Assembly: GCA_965207445.1 (NCBI GenBank) | Contig: CBDBLX010000002.1 | Coordinates: 96,001-160,000, forward strand | Reading direction: 5' to 3' | Length of the DNA stretch: 64,000 bases | DNA from: Nitrosopumilus sp. | GTDB taxonomy: Archaea > Thermoproteota > Nitrososphaeria > Nitrososphaerales > Nitrosopumilaceae | Shown: positions 40,232-50,926 of the stretch, piece after piece | How positions within the stretch are numbered: the stretch's first letter is position 1 | How the letters are laid out: each line of letters opens with the position of its first letter | Notes under the pieces: generated by a model | Databases searched by the model: none | Seen by the model: the letters and a program-made list of their open reading frames with translations, nothing else | What the model was told of the DNA's origin: nothing | Made by a program: the position numbers and the translations under genes

Positions 40232-40828
40232 TAGAATAATTTAGCAGCATCTCACCCACGCAAAAGCCCAGATGTCATTTTCTCTATTAAGACAGGGCAG
40301 GTGTACAATTATGTATACACACTTGATATTTATGAATTCGGTGATGTGTCAGGTCCACTGTGGAATGCATCACATGTTATTGTAATTTATGCTCTGTATT
40401 TGCATCGACGCAGTATTTGATGAGTGTCTACAAAATTAAGAGGTGTGGTTGTTTGATTGTTGTGTAATTTGCCAATGTCTAACAGAATACAGTTTACAGT
40501 AGAGATCAGGTACGATTACACGAATGTGTGTTTTGATGCTCAAAAATAAAGTACAAGCATCAGCATCAATTATACTCTTGTGTTAGTTAAAGGATACGAA
40601 GAGATCATTTTTGTCAAAGTAGTAATGAAGAGTCACATGTAATTGATTACAATGTGATATTGTATATGTTAAATGAGGTAAATGCAATCACAAGAGAGTG
40701 ACAGTTCACAGAGAAATGAAAGGGTTATTGATTAGTGGTTGTGGTAAGAAGGTATGTTAGAGTGGAGGAGACTACTTTGTAATATGTACGATATATCGCA
40801 TAAATACAACATACCACATAAGTGCAAC

Positions 40829-42166
40829 ATGTATATGATAACAATAATACTGGCAACTAGCATATTGTTGATTACAGTAGACTACACGACGGCAAATGCT
40901 TTAACAAACCAATACAATGTTTTTAGTGACTATCATACTGTTGAAAATAATCAAAACACTAACAACATGTTTCCAAATAGTGTAATAACCCCATTCCAAT
41001 TCAACGTTTTAGATAGTAATGGGGAAGATAATGCTGACTCTATTTTGTTTGGAAAAAAAGTGTATAGTTGGACTGATAAAGTACACATAACTATTTTCGC
41101 ACCAGATCACAACTTTAACTCTAATGCAATCGACACTATTGGCAACACTGAACATGATTCAGTAAAAATATCTACCAGAGAAGCGACGCTGAAAGACTAC
41201 AAACTAATAGAGACAGGTGTGAACACTGGTATATTCCAAGGTGAGGTCACACTGATCGGTTTTAATCACAATGCAGACGGAGACACAAAGACAGGCTCCA
41301 TGTCAGCAGGATACGACAATCCACAGAGAAGTACGGGTGGGAATGGCCCAAGGGGTGGTTATATTGCAGCTGACAGAGACGATGGAATCACAGTCGCCTT
41401 TGATTACTCAGATGAAATTACAATATCAAACTCGGCAATAATTACATGGAATATTGGAAAAGTGGAATGGCTCAAATCATCATACACAATATCAGATACA
41501 GGCATAATCAGGGTAATTGATCCAGACATGAATTGGAACCCAGATGCTCTTGACAGATTTGAGATAAATGTGAGGTCCGAATCTGAACCTGTTGGAATCA
41601 CACTTGTTGTAACTGAGAGTGGGGAATCCTCTGGAATATTTGAAGGAGCCGTAACGTTTACATCAACTGGTAGATCTTCAGGGGAACAACTCAGAGTTGT
41701 ACAGGGCGATGTCATAACTGCATCATACAAAGACAATACATTACCAAGGCCATACTCTACAGCCGACAGCCAAGAGATAACATCCCAAACCAAAGTTGGT
41801 ACAGTCGTCCCTCCACTTGAGAGAATCAAGGTGTCAGAACCCAAGGTTACAACAGGTTTTGGCACAGATGTCGGTAATACAATATCGGCAGGCCAACAAG
41901 TACAGATAACATCATTGCTTACAAACGAGCAAGACAAAAGACAAAAGTTTGTCTATATTGTAATGATAAATGAACAAGATACCAATACCACAATATCACT
42001 GTCATGGATTATAGGAAGTCTACAAGCAAAACAATCACTTAATGCTGCTGCATCATGGCTACCAAAAACGGCAGGCGAATATACGATAAACGTGTTTGTA
42101 TGGGAGTCCATACCAAATCCAAATGCATTGTCGCCACCATCAAAGATCACAGTTGTAGTAAACTAA
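40829..42166 (+). CDS. Thaumarchaeal S-layer-like exported protein
   Basis: Repeated ETG.NTGIF.G and VIDPDMN motifs. C-terminal Ig-like domain GQQVQI..SLSWIIGSL..W.P..AGEYTINVFVWES..NP.ALSPP. Confidence 0.75.
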   Translation: MYMITIILATSILLITVDYTTANALTNQYNVFSDYHTVENNQNTNNMFPNSVITPFQFNVLDSNGEDNADSILFGKKVYSWTDKVHITIFAPDHNFNSNAIDTIGNTEHDSVKISTREATLKDYKLIETGVNTGIFQGEVTLIGFNHNADGDTKTGSMSAGYDNPQRSTGGNGPRGGYIAADRDDGITVAFDYSDEITISNSAIITWNIGKVEWLKSSYTISDTGIIRVIDPDMNWNPDALDRFEINVRSESEPVGITLVVTESGESSGIFEGAVTFTSTGRSSGEQLRVVQGDVITASYKDNTLPRPYSTADSQEITSQTKVGTVVPPLERIKVSEPKVTTGFGTDVGNTISAGQQVQITSLLTNEQDKRQKFVYIVMINEQDTNTTISLSWIIGSLQAKQSLNAAASWLPKTAGEYTINVFVWESIPNPNALSPPSKITVVVN

Positions 42167-42351
42167 GTTTTATTCAGTAGTTAAAAGCCAACTGCTATTT
42201 AATAGTACATATATTATACAATGTGTGATACGTGATGCGTGATGTGCGATGTATGTTGAATAATAGTATTGAACATCATATAGTTTTGTATCCACATGAT
42301 GCAAATTCCAAGTACAACGCTGTTTTTAAATTGGGACCATACATAACGCAA

Positions 42352-43695
42352 ATGTTGGAAAACTCAAAGAATAAGAATGCCTACAATAGTGTGTTTGCCA
42401 GTCTTAAAGAGCATCATAAACTATTCTCAGAATCAATTCCACTCATTGCAAGTGAAAACATTCCAAGTCCAGCAGTGAGAGAGGCAGTCGCAACTGACTT
42501 TGGCAATAGATACGCAGAGGGCTGGCCAGGTGAGCGCGTCTATGCAGGTTGCGCCATGATTGATAAAGTTGAGGTTAAATGTATGAAACTAGCTCAAAGG
42601 CTATTCAAAGCAAAGTTTGCAGATGTGAGGCCCATCTCAGGAGTAGTTGCAAACTTGGCAGTATATTCAGCATTCTCCGAACCAGGAAACGTAATGCTAG
42701 CACCATCCATACCAGCAGGTGGGCACATCTCACACGGTAAAAAAGAACATGCAGGTACAGCAGGTCTAGTACACGGATTAGACATTGAATTTTATGCATT
42801 TGATGCGCATGATATGACCATAGATGTAGATGAGACGAAAAAACGTGTTAAAAAACTAGCAGAAAAAGGAAAAAAATACATTCCACAAATAGCAATGTTT
42901 GGAGGCTCGTTGTTTCTGTTTCCTCACCCAGTCAAAGAACTTGCAGAGTTTCTAAAAGGGTATGATAACATGCACATTAATTACGATGCAGCACATGTAG
43001 CAGGTCTGATTGCAGGCTCAAAGTTTCAAGACCCATTCAAAGAGGGGGCAGATACCATGACCATGAGTACGCACAAGACCTTGTTTGGTCCACAAGGTGG
43101 GCTAATACTTGGCTCAAATCAAGAGCACGAGGAGTCGATCAAAAAAGCAGTCTTTCCTGGAATGACTAGTAGTCATCATATAAACAACATGGCAGGTAAG
43201 GCAATTGCATTTGCAGAAGCACTCGAGTTTGGCAAAAAATACGCCACACAAGTAATCAAGAACGCAAAGTCGCTAGCACAAGCACTCAGCAATGAAGGTT
43301 TCAAGGTACTAGGTGAATCAAAAGGTTTTACAGAATCACACCAGATTGCAATTAATGTACTAGAGTACTCTGATGGCGGCAAGGTCGAGGCGGACTTGGA
43401 GAAGGCCAACATTATAGTAAATAGACAACTCATACCAGGCGATATCAAAGCAAAGAGAAATTATTTTCATCCAGGTGGCATTAGAATTGGAGTATCTGAG
43501 ATCACGCGACTAGGTATGAAACGTGCAGAGATGATAGAGATTGCCTCTCTGATACGACAGGTGGTAATTGACAAAAAAGACACCAAGAAAATACTCTCAA
43601 AAGTCAGATCAATGAGAAAAGAGTACCAAAAGGTGCGGTTCTGCTTTCCAGATGGCTCTCGACGTGGTGCTTATGAATACATCAAATTACGATAA
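42352..43695 (+). CDS. glyA: Serine hydroxymethyltransferase
   Basis: LIASEN, YAEG, GGHISH, YDAAH, STHKT..GPQGG. Confidence 0.95.
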   Translation: MLENSKNKNAYNSVFASLKEHHKLFSESIPLIASENIPSPAVREAVATDFGNRYAEGWPGERVYAGCAMIDKVEVKCMKLAQRLFKAKFADVRPISGVVANLAVYSAFSEPGNVMLAPSIPAGGHISHGKKEHAGTAGLVHGLDIEFYAFDAHDMTIDVDETKKRVKKLAEKGKKYIPQIAMFGGSLFLFPHPVKELAEFLKGYDNMHINYDAAHVAGLIAGSKFQDPFKEGADTMTMSTHKTLFGPQGGLILGSNQEHEESIKKAVFPGMTSSHHINNMAGKAIAFAEALEFGKKYATQVIKNAKSLAQALSNEGFKVLGESKGFTESHQIAINVLEYSDGGKVEADLEKANIIVNRQLIPGDIKAKRNYFHPGGIRIGVSEITRLGMKRAEMIEIASLIRQVVIDKKDTKKILSKVRSMRKEYQKVRFCFPDGSRRGAYEYIKLR

Positions 43696-43741
43696 TTTTT
43701 TTTATGAAACTGTTCAGTAAAATAAATAGTGGTCATATGTA

Positions 43742-46700
43742 TCATGTATAGTCACTGATCATTGATTGATCTCCCTGACTCTTGCCAAACAGATAGGAGA
43801 GTTCATCTGCAAGTACTGCAATTCGTCCCCGATGATACGCACCAATATCATATTTTTTTGCAAGATTCTTTGTTAGTGACAAGTATTTTTCTATAGTAGG
43901 GCGTGTGACATTCAGTGATAGTTTTTGACCACAGTTAGTACATTTGCATGAGAGTGGCATACGCCTGTACTTTTTATTGCATCCAGTACAACGAAACGTC
44001 TGAGTTGCATACGCCCTCAAGTTTCCTGCCAAATCAGGCACAAGATGTGTAGTTAAAATATTCAAGACAGTCTCATTTGGATCAACTGCTCTTATCATAG
44101 CAGCATTTTTGAGTTGAAAGTCTAACTTGTTTGGCATAGAGCCTAACGTAGAGTATGCACTTCTAGACCGCGATGTTGTTAGAGTAGATGTCCCATGAGT
44201 AAAGTGATAATCATAAAACAGTCTCTCTGTTCCAAGCCTAGACTCGATAATCTCAACTGATTTTACATTACCAGCTTTTTCACCACGCATTGTAGCATTA
44301 AAGAACTCTAGTGGAAGTGTCTTTGTGACCTCTAGATTGTGTGCTTGTGGCTGTGACTCGTGCGGAAGGACAAGAGGTTGAATCAAGAGTGGAACATCCA
44401 TCAAGCCACCTATCCGCCCAGACAAAAATTTCTTTGAAAAATTCAATAATGCATCCATCAAAAGCATGATCGAGTCTGCATCCCCATCAGCATCCCTTCG
44501 TTTTGCAGAGTGCCAATTTGGAGTGGCAAAACAGACATGAGTCTCTGCAAACCCTATGATTCTACCCACTATACCTACTGATGTGTGAGGTGCAAGTCCA
44601 ATCACTAGATGCCCTATCATGTCTTGGATAGTCTTGGCATTATAGTATGATTCTGCATTGTGAAATTTAGAGAGAAGCATATCAACATATTTGGCAGTTG
44701 CAAGCAAGTATTTGCCACTTGTGTATGGTATGATGATATCTTGCATGCGAAGCTCGACTATCTGATCCTCACTAACAAGGGTATTGCCATGGATGTCATG
44801 TGTATAACCCAACTCACATAAACGACTGACTGTTGTCCCAATCCAAGATGGTTTAAATTGTGTTAGTGGAGAGTTTGTGGCATCAAAACGAACAGTACCA
44901 TCTTTGAATACACTAAGACCATACTTTTGGCGAATCAATCCTTTCTCTATAGGTTCAGCATGTTTGTCCTCACCTAAGAGTCCCTTTACACCCTTTAGAG
45001 GCTCTTGTGCACGCAGCTCTAGGCGTTCTTGTGCACGGAGTAGTTGAGATTTTAATGGAAACCACAATGATGAATAAAGTACAGTTCTACTCTTGCATCG
45101 CTCACAATATTCATGTTCGATCTCTTCTCTGCAACGTAAACATCGACGCGTAAGTGTTGACTCTATACCGCACTCACGGCAGACTAGTCCCAAAACAGGT
45201 ACATGACATGATTGACAGTGTCTATTACACATGTCAATCTGTATTAAATCGCCTGTCTTTGATGCCTTTATCAAATCTCTAGTGGCGCCACCCTTGTCAC
45301 CTACAGGAAACAGTAAATGTGTTGGGGGATTCATCTCACGAGCAGCAGACTTTTCAGGTCTACCATTACGTACACCAATAAAAGCAGAAGATTTTACTCT
45401 GATCCGAATACCACTAGTTGATAGAATCTCAGGGATGGTATCAGGTGATGTATCACCTTTACTTTTATTGTGATGTATGGATGGTTTTACCCTAAAGAGG
45501 ATATTGTACATAATCTTTGCTTGTGCACCTTTAATGATGATGTTGCCACGTAAAGGAATTTTTTGTTTGAGTATGTCATTTGGTGCGATTATGTGATCGT
45601 CATTATTCTCAATATCATCAGGGTCGTGTTGCGTATCACCACCATCACTGTGGCTATCACTGTGGCTATCACTGTGGCTATCACTGTGGCTATCACTGTG
45701 GTTATCATTATCCCCAACATCACAAGGCACAAAGACGTGCTGCACGCCTATCTTTTCAAGTGACCTTTTTGTCATATCATCACGATTATAACCATCATAT
45801 CTAATCTCAGATTCAGATACAGCATCTGGACTTAAAAGTGACTCTAGTTCTGTAATGTTTAACTCATCCCAAAAATACAGATACTTGGGGTAAAGGGATA
45901 TGCCAAACTCAAGGGATGCAGATATTGCCTCATCTACTGTAGGCACTCTACTCAAATAACTCTCAAGGTGTTGCCACGCATGGCCCTCAGAGGCATCATT
46001 ACTAGACTTTTGTAATAAGAACTCTTGTAGTTCTGCCAACCAATACTCTTCTACATAACCAGATGGTCGCAGTTGTGTATTATTTTCTATAAAATCACCT
46101 ATAGATATCAAGACATCACCCATATGCAAAATCTCAACTATTCTTGCCTTTATCTCAGATACATACTCTATACTCTCCACCTTAACTACGCTACCATCAT
46201 CAAGCAGCACAGTAGGTGTATCAATAGAGTCTACAAAGGCAACAGATGCACCCTTGCCAGGTATGTCTGTCTTGATTTGTGTACCCACTGCGATTGTGTG
46301 ATCAAGCATCTCTGCAATGACGGGATGAAACCCTACTGCAGCAAAGCCCGTATTACATGAGCGACCATACCGGAGACGAAAGCCACCATGTTTGCCAGGC
46401 ATCGAGAGCACGGAGCGTCCTGTGATAACCTCGCGCATCCTTTTTGCTCCTGCATTCTCTTTGTCATCTGCTGAGTCTCCACCTACCTGAACGGCACCCT
46501 TTAACTCTGCAAGCCAGTCCCAGCCATCAAGACCATAATTCTCTATTCTCTTGAGAAGTTTCTTTGACCTACCAATCAATCCGTCATTTAGCACACGCAG
46601 AGCGCCACCACGTACTTTGTCAGTCTTGATTCGTTTCATGTTGCGATGATTTACAACCTCAAAGTTATCAGTCTCAACCCCATCAAGCTCTACTGGGAGG

Positions 46701-47410
46701 TTTTGAATCACGTGCTCTATATCCTCATCACTCACGTGATACTGAAAGTTGTGAGCATCACGCTCATAGACACGAAGTTCTTCTACAAATCTGCCTGGTT
46801 CATCATCATATGAGGTAGATTGGTACTTGTCAAGTCCGACTGCCTTGCGGACATGATCTGCTATAAGCATCGTGACTGCTGATTCGGTACCTCCTGCAGA
46901 ACGCATAGGGCCAGCAATTGATATTGAGAGGTATTTGGTACCATCTTGGTTCTGTTTTACCAAAACATCACTGATCCCCTCAAGAGGAGCCATAGTCACG
47001 CCCTCTGTCACAATGGCAAGCCCCACTCTAACTGCCAAGTCTAATCGTTCCTCAACTGGAGTCTCCTCTTTGTGGTGCTTGCCTAGTGCGATATCTTTTG
47101 ATAGTAATAATGCAGAAAATTCTTTGCTGTTTTTAGCCAGCAACTCTCTCAACTCGCCGGCGATATCAATATCATGCATCTTTGATACACGATCTGCCAA
47201 ATCATAGGCAATCTTAGGCTCTACAATAACAGTAGAATCTGCTTGACTCTTTGACTTTGCAGTAGATGCCTTTTCAAATATGTAAGCGGCCTTTTCTGAG
47301 AGTTCTTTGTAGTAAACACGATACTCATCAGGCATCTTTGTATGTTCGAGTCGATTATCTACGTCTTTGTGACTTGTAGCGTTAACTGCATGGGTACTTG
47401 TGTTAGACAA
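43742..47410 (-). CDS. polC: DNA polymerase D large subunit DP2
   Basis: GPMRSAGGT, GGFRLRYGR, GRPEKS, HSAKRRDADGDAD, C-terminal Zn finger FRCTGC..C.NC. Confidence 0.96.
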   Translation of the reverse strand: MSNTSTHAVNATSHKDVDNRLEHTKMPDEYRVYYKELSEKAAYIFEKASTAKSKSQADSTVIVEPKIAYDLADRVSKMHDIDIAGELRELLAKNSKEFSALLLSKDIALGKHHKEETPVEERLDLAVRVGLAIVTEGVTMAPLEGISDVLVKQNQDGTKYLSISIAGPMRSAGGTESAVTMLIADHVRKAVGLDKYQSTSYDDEPGRFVEELRVYERDAHNFQYHVSDEDIEHVIQNLPVELDGVETDNFEVVNHRNMKRIKTDKVRGGALRVLNDGLIGRSKKLLKRIENYGLDGWDWLAELKGAVQVGGDSADDKENAGAKRMREVITGRSVLSMPGKHGGFRLRYGRSCNTGFAAVGFHPVIAEMLDHTIAVGTQIKTDIPGKGASVAFVDSIDTPTVLLDDGSVVKVESIEYVSEIKARIVEILHMGDVLISIGDFIENNTQLRPSGYVEEYWLAELQEFLLQKSSNDASEGHAWQHLESYLSRVPTVDEAISASLEFGISLYPKYLYFWDELNITELESLLSPDAVSESEIRYDGYNRDDMTKRSLEKIGVQHVFVPCDVGDNDNHSDSHSDSHSDSHSDSHSDGGDTQHDPDDIENNDDHIIAPNDILKQKIPLRGNIIIKGAQAKIMYNILFRVKPSIHHNKSKGDTSPDTIPEILSTSGIRIRVKSSAFIGVRNGRPEKSAAREMNPPTHLLFPVGDKGGATRDLIKASKTGDLIQIDMCNRHCQSCHVPVLGLVCRECGIESTLTRRCLRCREEIEHEYCERCKSRTVLYSSLWFPLKSQLLRAQERLELRAQEPLKGVKGLLGEDKHAEPIEKGLIRQKYGLSVFKDGTVRFDATNSPLTQFKPSWIGTTVSRLCELGYTHDIHGNTLVSEDQIVELRMQDIIIPYTSGKYLLATAKYVDMLLSKFHNAESYYNAKTIQDMIGHLVIGLAPHTSVGIVGRIIGFAETHVCFATPNWHSAKRRDADGDADSIMLLMDALLNFSKKFLSGRIGGLMDVPLLIQPLVLPHESQPQAHNLEVTKTLPLEFFNATMRGEKAGNVKSVEIIESRLGTERLFYDYHFTHGTSTLTTSRSRSAYSTLGSMPNKLDFQLKNAAMIRAVDPNETVLNILTTHLVPDLAGNLRAYATQTFRCTGCNKKYRRMPLSCKCTNCGQKLSLNVTRPTIEKYLSLTKNLAKKYDIGAYHRGRIAVLADELSYLFGKSQGDQSMISDYT
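45642..45705. repeat. 12-bp tandem repeat encoding (HSDS)n inside DP2
   Basis: ATCACTGTGGCT about 5 times. Confidence 0.9.
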
Positions 47411-47421
47411 CTTTTCACTCC

Positions 47422-48189
47422 TCAGTGTTTTGTCTTGTCGATCCTATCTATAATCTCATAGAGTCTGTTGTCCTTGTTTGCTGTCTTGCCGTCTTCAAAC
47501 AGAGTTCCGATCACAAGTGCATCAGCACCTGCCTCAGCAAGTGATGATGCCACATCAGCATCCCTTATACCGCCACCGACGATAAGAAAACCATCAAAGA
47601 CACTTCGGACTGTCTTGACCATCTTTGGTGTGACATTTGTCTTTGCGCCAGAACCTGCTTCAAGGTATACAAACCGCATACCCATAAACTGAGCTGCCAG
47701 TGAGTATGCTGCTGCTATCTTTGGTTTTTCATGTGGAATACCACGTGCTGATCCTACAAACCATGCAGTAGTCCCCTCACCTATAACTAAATATGCAGTA
47801 GGTAGTGGTTCAAGACCAAACTTTGCAACGGCAGGGGCACCGAGTGCTTGTGCTTGTGATATGAAATATGGATTCTCTGAGTTTAAAAGAGAACTAAATA
47901 ATATGGCATCAGCATCAGGTACAACCCCGGTCACGTTTCCAGGAAACAGTATAACTGGGATCTGTTCTGTACTCTGTTTGATCTCTTTGACTACATTTGA
48001 CATCTCCATCTGGTCAATTGCAGAAGATCCTCCAACCAATATTGCACAAGCACCAGCCTGCTCTACTGTGCGTACTAGTCTTGATGACTCTTCTATATCA
48101 GATACCTCAGAGTCAATCAATACAAATAATAATGTACCACGTCGCTCTCGTTCCGTATTCAAGTACCGCTCTACTCGTCCTTTCTCCAT
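47422..48189 (-). CDS. Geranylgeranylglyceryl phosphate synthase
   Basis: LVGGS, ILFPG, FSSLLNS, YLEAGSGA, VGGGIR. Confidence 0.9.
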   Translation of the reverse strand: MEKGRVERYLNTERERRGTLLFVLIDSEVSDIEESSRLVRTVEQAGACAILVGGSSAIDQMEMSNVVKEIKQSTEQIPVILFPGNVTGVVPDADAILFSSLLNSENPYFISQAQALGAPAVAKFGLEPLPTAYLVIGEGTTAWFVGSARGIPHEKPKIAAAYSLAAQFMGMRFVYLEAGSGAKTNVTPKMVKTVRSVFDGFLIVGGGIRDADVASSLAEAGADALVIGTLFEDGKTANKDNRLYEIIDRIDKTKH

Positions 48190-48260
48190 ACCCGCTCATA
48201 GATGGTCTCATAGTCGGTATTTTAAAGTTTAATTTACGGTGTATACAAATTTGTATAGCT

Positions 48261-48623
48261 ATGAGCGACTCTGGTAAACCAACTTTTAATGCCGTTATAC
48301 GTAAAATGATAGAAAAATCACTATTTACTGAACGACAAATTGAAATTATTTTAAATCAGCGGGACTTGCTAGAAACAGAGTTCCCCATAACAAGAGGTGC
48401 ATACTATAGGCAAGTAGGGCAGACAAAGGAGAAAATGGTCGCACTCTTCTATACAATAGTTGTTTTGAGGGGTTTAGGTGTGATCTTACCTGATGATATT
48501 GATGTGATGTTAGATCTTTCAGAGAAGATTGATGTGATAAATGATAGTGATGTACCACCAGAGAACGTTGATGATGTGATAAATGTGATTGAAAAGTACA
48601 TTCGACAGGCATGTAACATGTGA
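48261..48623 (+). CDS. Conserved thaumarchaeal hypothetical protein
   Basis: KSLFTERQIEII...ITRGAYYRQVGQ. Confidence 0.7.
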   Translation: MSDSGKPTFNAVIRKMIEKSLFTERQIEIILNQRDLLETEFPITRGAYYRQVGQTKEKMVALFYTIVVLRGLGVILPDDIDVMLDLSEKIDVINDSDVPPENVDDVINVIEKYIRQACNM

Positions 48624-48746
48624 TATATAATGTTGCATCACTAATACAGAAGATTAACTGATGTAGCATACTAGTGATTTTTTGTTGTGTTGTGTGAGAA
48701 AATATCAACCGAAGATGATATATCACAGTATGTTGTGACACATGTG

Positions 48747-49445
48747 ATGGCAGAGGAATCTCTTGATCCATGGTTTATGGCTAGTCTAGGTATTGCATTT
48801 TTGATAGGGTTGTTGTCACTTTTTGTGTTTTTTTGGTTTCGAACAACATACAAAGAGTCTGCACTTGAGAGTAAAAGTGGTGAGATGACAGGTTCAGAAC
48901 GGTTAGAATACTATGAGAGACAACTCATAGACATGAAGATACGACTAGATGCACTAGAGATAATACAAGGCACAAAACGTGACGAATCACAAGACAATAC
49001 TCAACCTATGACTGCACTACTGGCTGGATTGACCGAGTTGTTAACCAAAGTGCCCAGTGATGATAAAGAAAGTGATATATCACAAGACAACATATCACAA
49101 GACAACAAAGTAGAACAAAATGATGTGATGTCTACATCAACAAGTGATGTGAAAAAAGCAAAGAGTATAGATACTATACCTAAAATTGAGTTTAAAACAT
49201 ACCCAAACCCAATTGATTATGTGTTGCATTTAATCACAAATAACATCACAACATCACGTGATATTCAAATCACAATGAAGAAGAGTAGAGAACACACATC
49301 ACGCCTATTAAAAAAGATGTATGAGGATGGGTACCTGGAGAGAAGTAAAGACAAAAGACCATACACATACAGTACAACACAAAAAGGAATAGAGAGGTTG
49401 GAGAGTTTGAATAAGACGCAGCATACACTCAATTCATCATCATAA
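48747..49445 (+). CDS. Membrane-anchored protein with C-terminal winged-helix (MarR-like) domain
   Basis: N-terminal TM and TSRDIQ..SREHTSRLLKKMYEDGYL.R..RPYTY..T.KG. Confidence 0.75.
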   Translation: MAEESLDPWFMASLGIAFLIGLLSLFVFFWFRTTYKESALESKSGEMTGSERLEYYERQLIDMKIRLDALEIIQGTKRDESQDNTQPMTALLAGLTELLTKVPSDDKESDISQDNISQDNKVEQNDVMSTSTSDVKKAKSIDTIPKIEFKTYPNPIDYVLHLITNNITTSRDIQITMKKSREHTSRLLKKMYEDGYLERSKDKRPYTYSTTQKGIERLESLNKTQHTLNSSS

Positions 49446-49644
49446 TAATTATTTTTGCTACTAGTGTGCCAAGTCAATATTTGAGAGTTGCAGTCATTTA
49501 TCAACCAATAGTGATTTTATTATAAATAATTAAAATATAAATTTAATAAATTAATGTAAAATTAAAATATAAATTTAATTTTAAATATTATTAATAAATT
49601 ATAATTTCAATAAATTATATATTGAAACAATATCCATACCAAAC

Positions 49645-49800
49645 ATGCAAGAAAACGAGACGCTCGTTAAAATTACATCTGCAGGAACTATATCCATACC
49701 AAAACAGTTCCGAAAGTTCATGGATGTATCAAAGGGTGATTATGTCAAAATGATATTCAAAAATGACGAATTGGTAATCCGTAAGGTTGTAATATCCTAG
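49645..49800 (+). CDS. AbrB/MazE/SpoVT-family DNA-binding protein
   Basis: MQENETLVKITSAGTISIPKQFRKFMDVSKGDYVKM..LVIRK (51 aa). Below the ORF track cutoff. Confidence 0.8.
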   Translation: MQENETLVKITSAGTISIPKQFRKFMDVSKGDYVKMIFKNDELVIRKVVIS

Positions 49801-49885
49801 ATAGATATTTTGGGAATTACAAGACTCTGACCCTTTAATTTATTTTAGTTTGAGAATTTAATTTTGATTAGGATTGGTGGTCTAG

Positions 49886-50287
49886 TTAGTGTTTTTGAGT
49901 AATTTTTATAGTCTGATATGTCCATTCTCTACCTGTTTTTATCCTATCTAATTTGTTTTTTGTAGAGAATCTAGATAAATAAGTAGATATAATACTCAAT
50001 TTAATAGGTTCGTTAAACTCATCTTCATATTTCTCAAGCACAGAAGTAGATGTAAACTTACTGAGTGGGAAATATTTGTCTACTATATGCCAGATTTTTG
50101 AGCCAGTAGAGTCAATGTTAATATTATTAGATGATTTACTGTTTTCATCATCATTCTCAATATCCATTATCTGCATCATCTCATAGATCTTTAACATTTT
50201 ATCACGTGTAATATTCCCTTCTATTTTAAAATCATATTTGATATCATCATCATCTACAAGATCTATACGTATCCTCTGTTTTGTCAT
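49886..50287 (-). CDS. Conserved hypothetical protein with C-terminal winged helix
   Basis: FTSTSVLEKYEDEFNEPIKLSIISTYLSR..R.KTGREWTY. Confidence 0.7.
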   Translation of the reverse strand: MTKQRIRIDLVDDDDIKYDFKIEGNITRDKMLKIYEMMQIMDIENDDENSKSSNNINIDSTGSKIWHIVDKYFPLSKFTSTSVLEKYEDEFNEPIKLSIISTYLSRFSTKNKLDRIKTGREWTYQTIKITQKH

Positions 50288-50427
50288 ATATTATATTAAC
50301 AATAACAGTATTTAACACACCGTAATTGTTAACAAAATTTACTGTTAAGTTTACATGCCTAGCGTGTGCCTAGCATAAAATTCGATTATAACATGTTTGA
50401 TATAAAATTATTATTTTTCTCATAAAT

Positions 50428-50825
50428 TTCACGACTGGAGTGGAAATGAAGGGGTCAAATCACATATGTTGACAGTGTTAACATCAATCTTCACGACTGG
50501 AGTGGAAATGAAGGGGTCAAAATCAAGGACTTTGAGTTTAATTTTAACAAAAAATTAACTATTGTTAACTAGTGACCCCCACACCTTCATTTCCACTCCA
50601 CGCTTTCTATTTTTTTTTTTTTGAAAATAGATATTATATTTAATTATTAATAATAATAATTAATAATTAATAATTATAATAAAAGAAATAATAAAAGAAA
50701 AACCAAAGTAATATTAAAGTAAATTATTCTGGAGTGGAAATGAAGGTGTGTCTGTTGTATTTTTGTAATCTAGAGTACCTACAGTTCTGAGTGGTAGCGT
50801 CTGTGGAAATGAAGGTGTGTCTGTT
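50428..50825. other. Replication origin oriC: five ORB-like boxes around an AT-rich DUE
   Basis: (CTG)GAGTGGAAATGAAGG(GG/TG) at ~50435, ~50497, 50581-50600 (inverted), ~50729 and ~50803. Very AT-rich 50610-50725. Directly upstream of cdc6. Confidence 0.88.
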
Positions 50826-50926
50826 ATACTTTTGTAATATGTAGTGTGATGTGTGATAATGAATGATTCTGAATAATAGTTATGATGTATATAGTGAATG
50901 TTATTACACAATTCAGTAATACTAGT

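Noticed and set aside
45570..45725. Intein in DP2
   Set aside because: Only about 50 aa of low-complexity sequence with no splicing motifs.
50428..50521. 32-bp direct repeat with a 30-bp spacer, superficially CRISPR-like or spacer-insertion-like
   Set aside because: The repeat is the ORB motif, which recurs in both orientations next to cdc6, and its lengths do not match the 35-36 plus 35-38 bp pattern.
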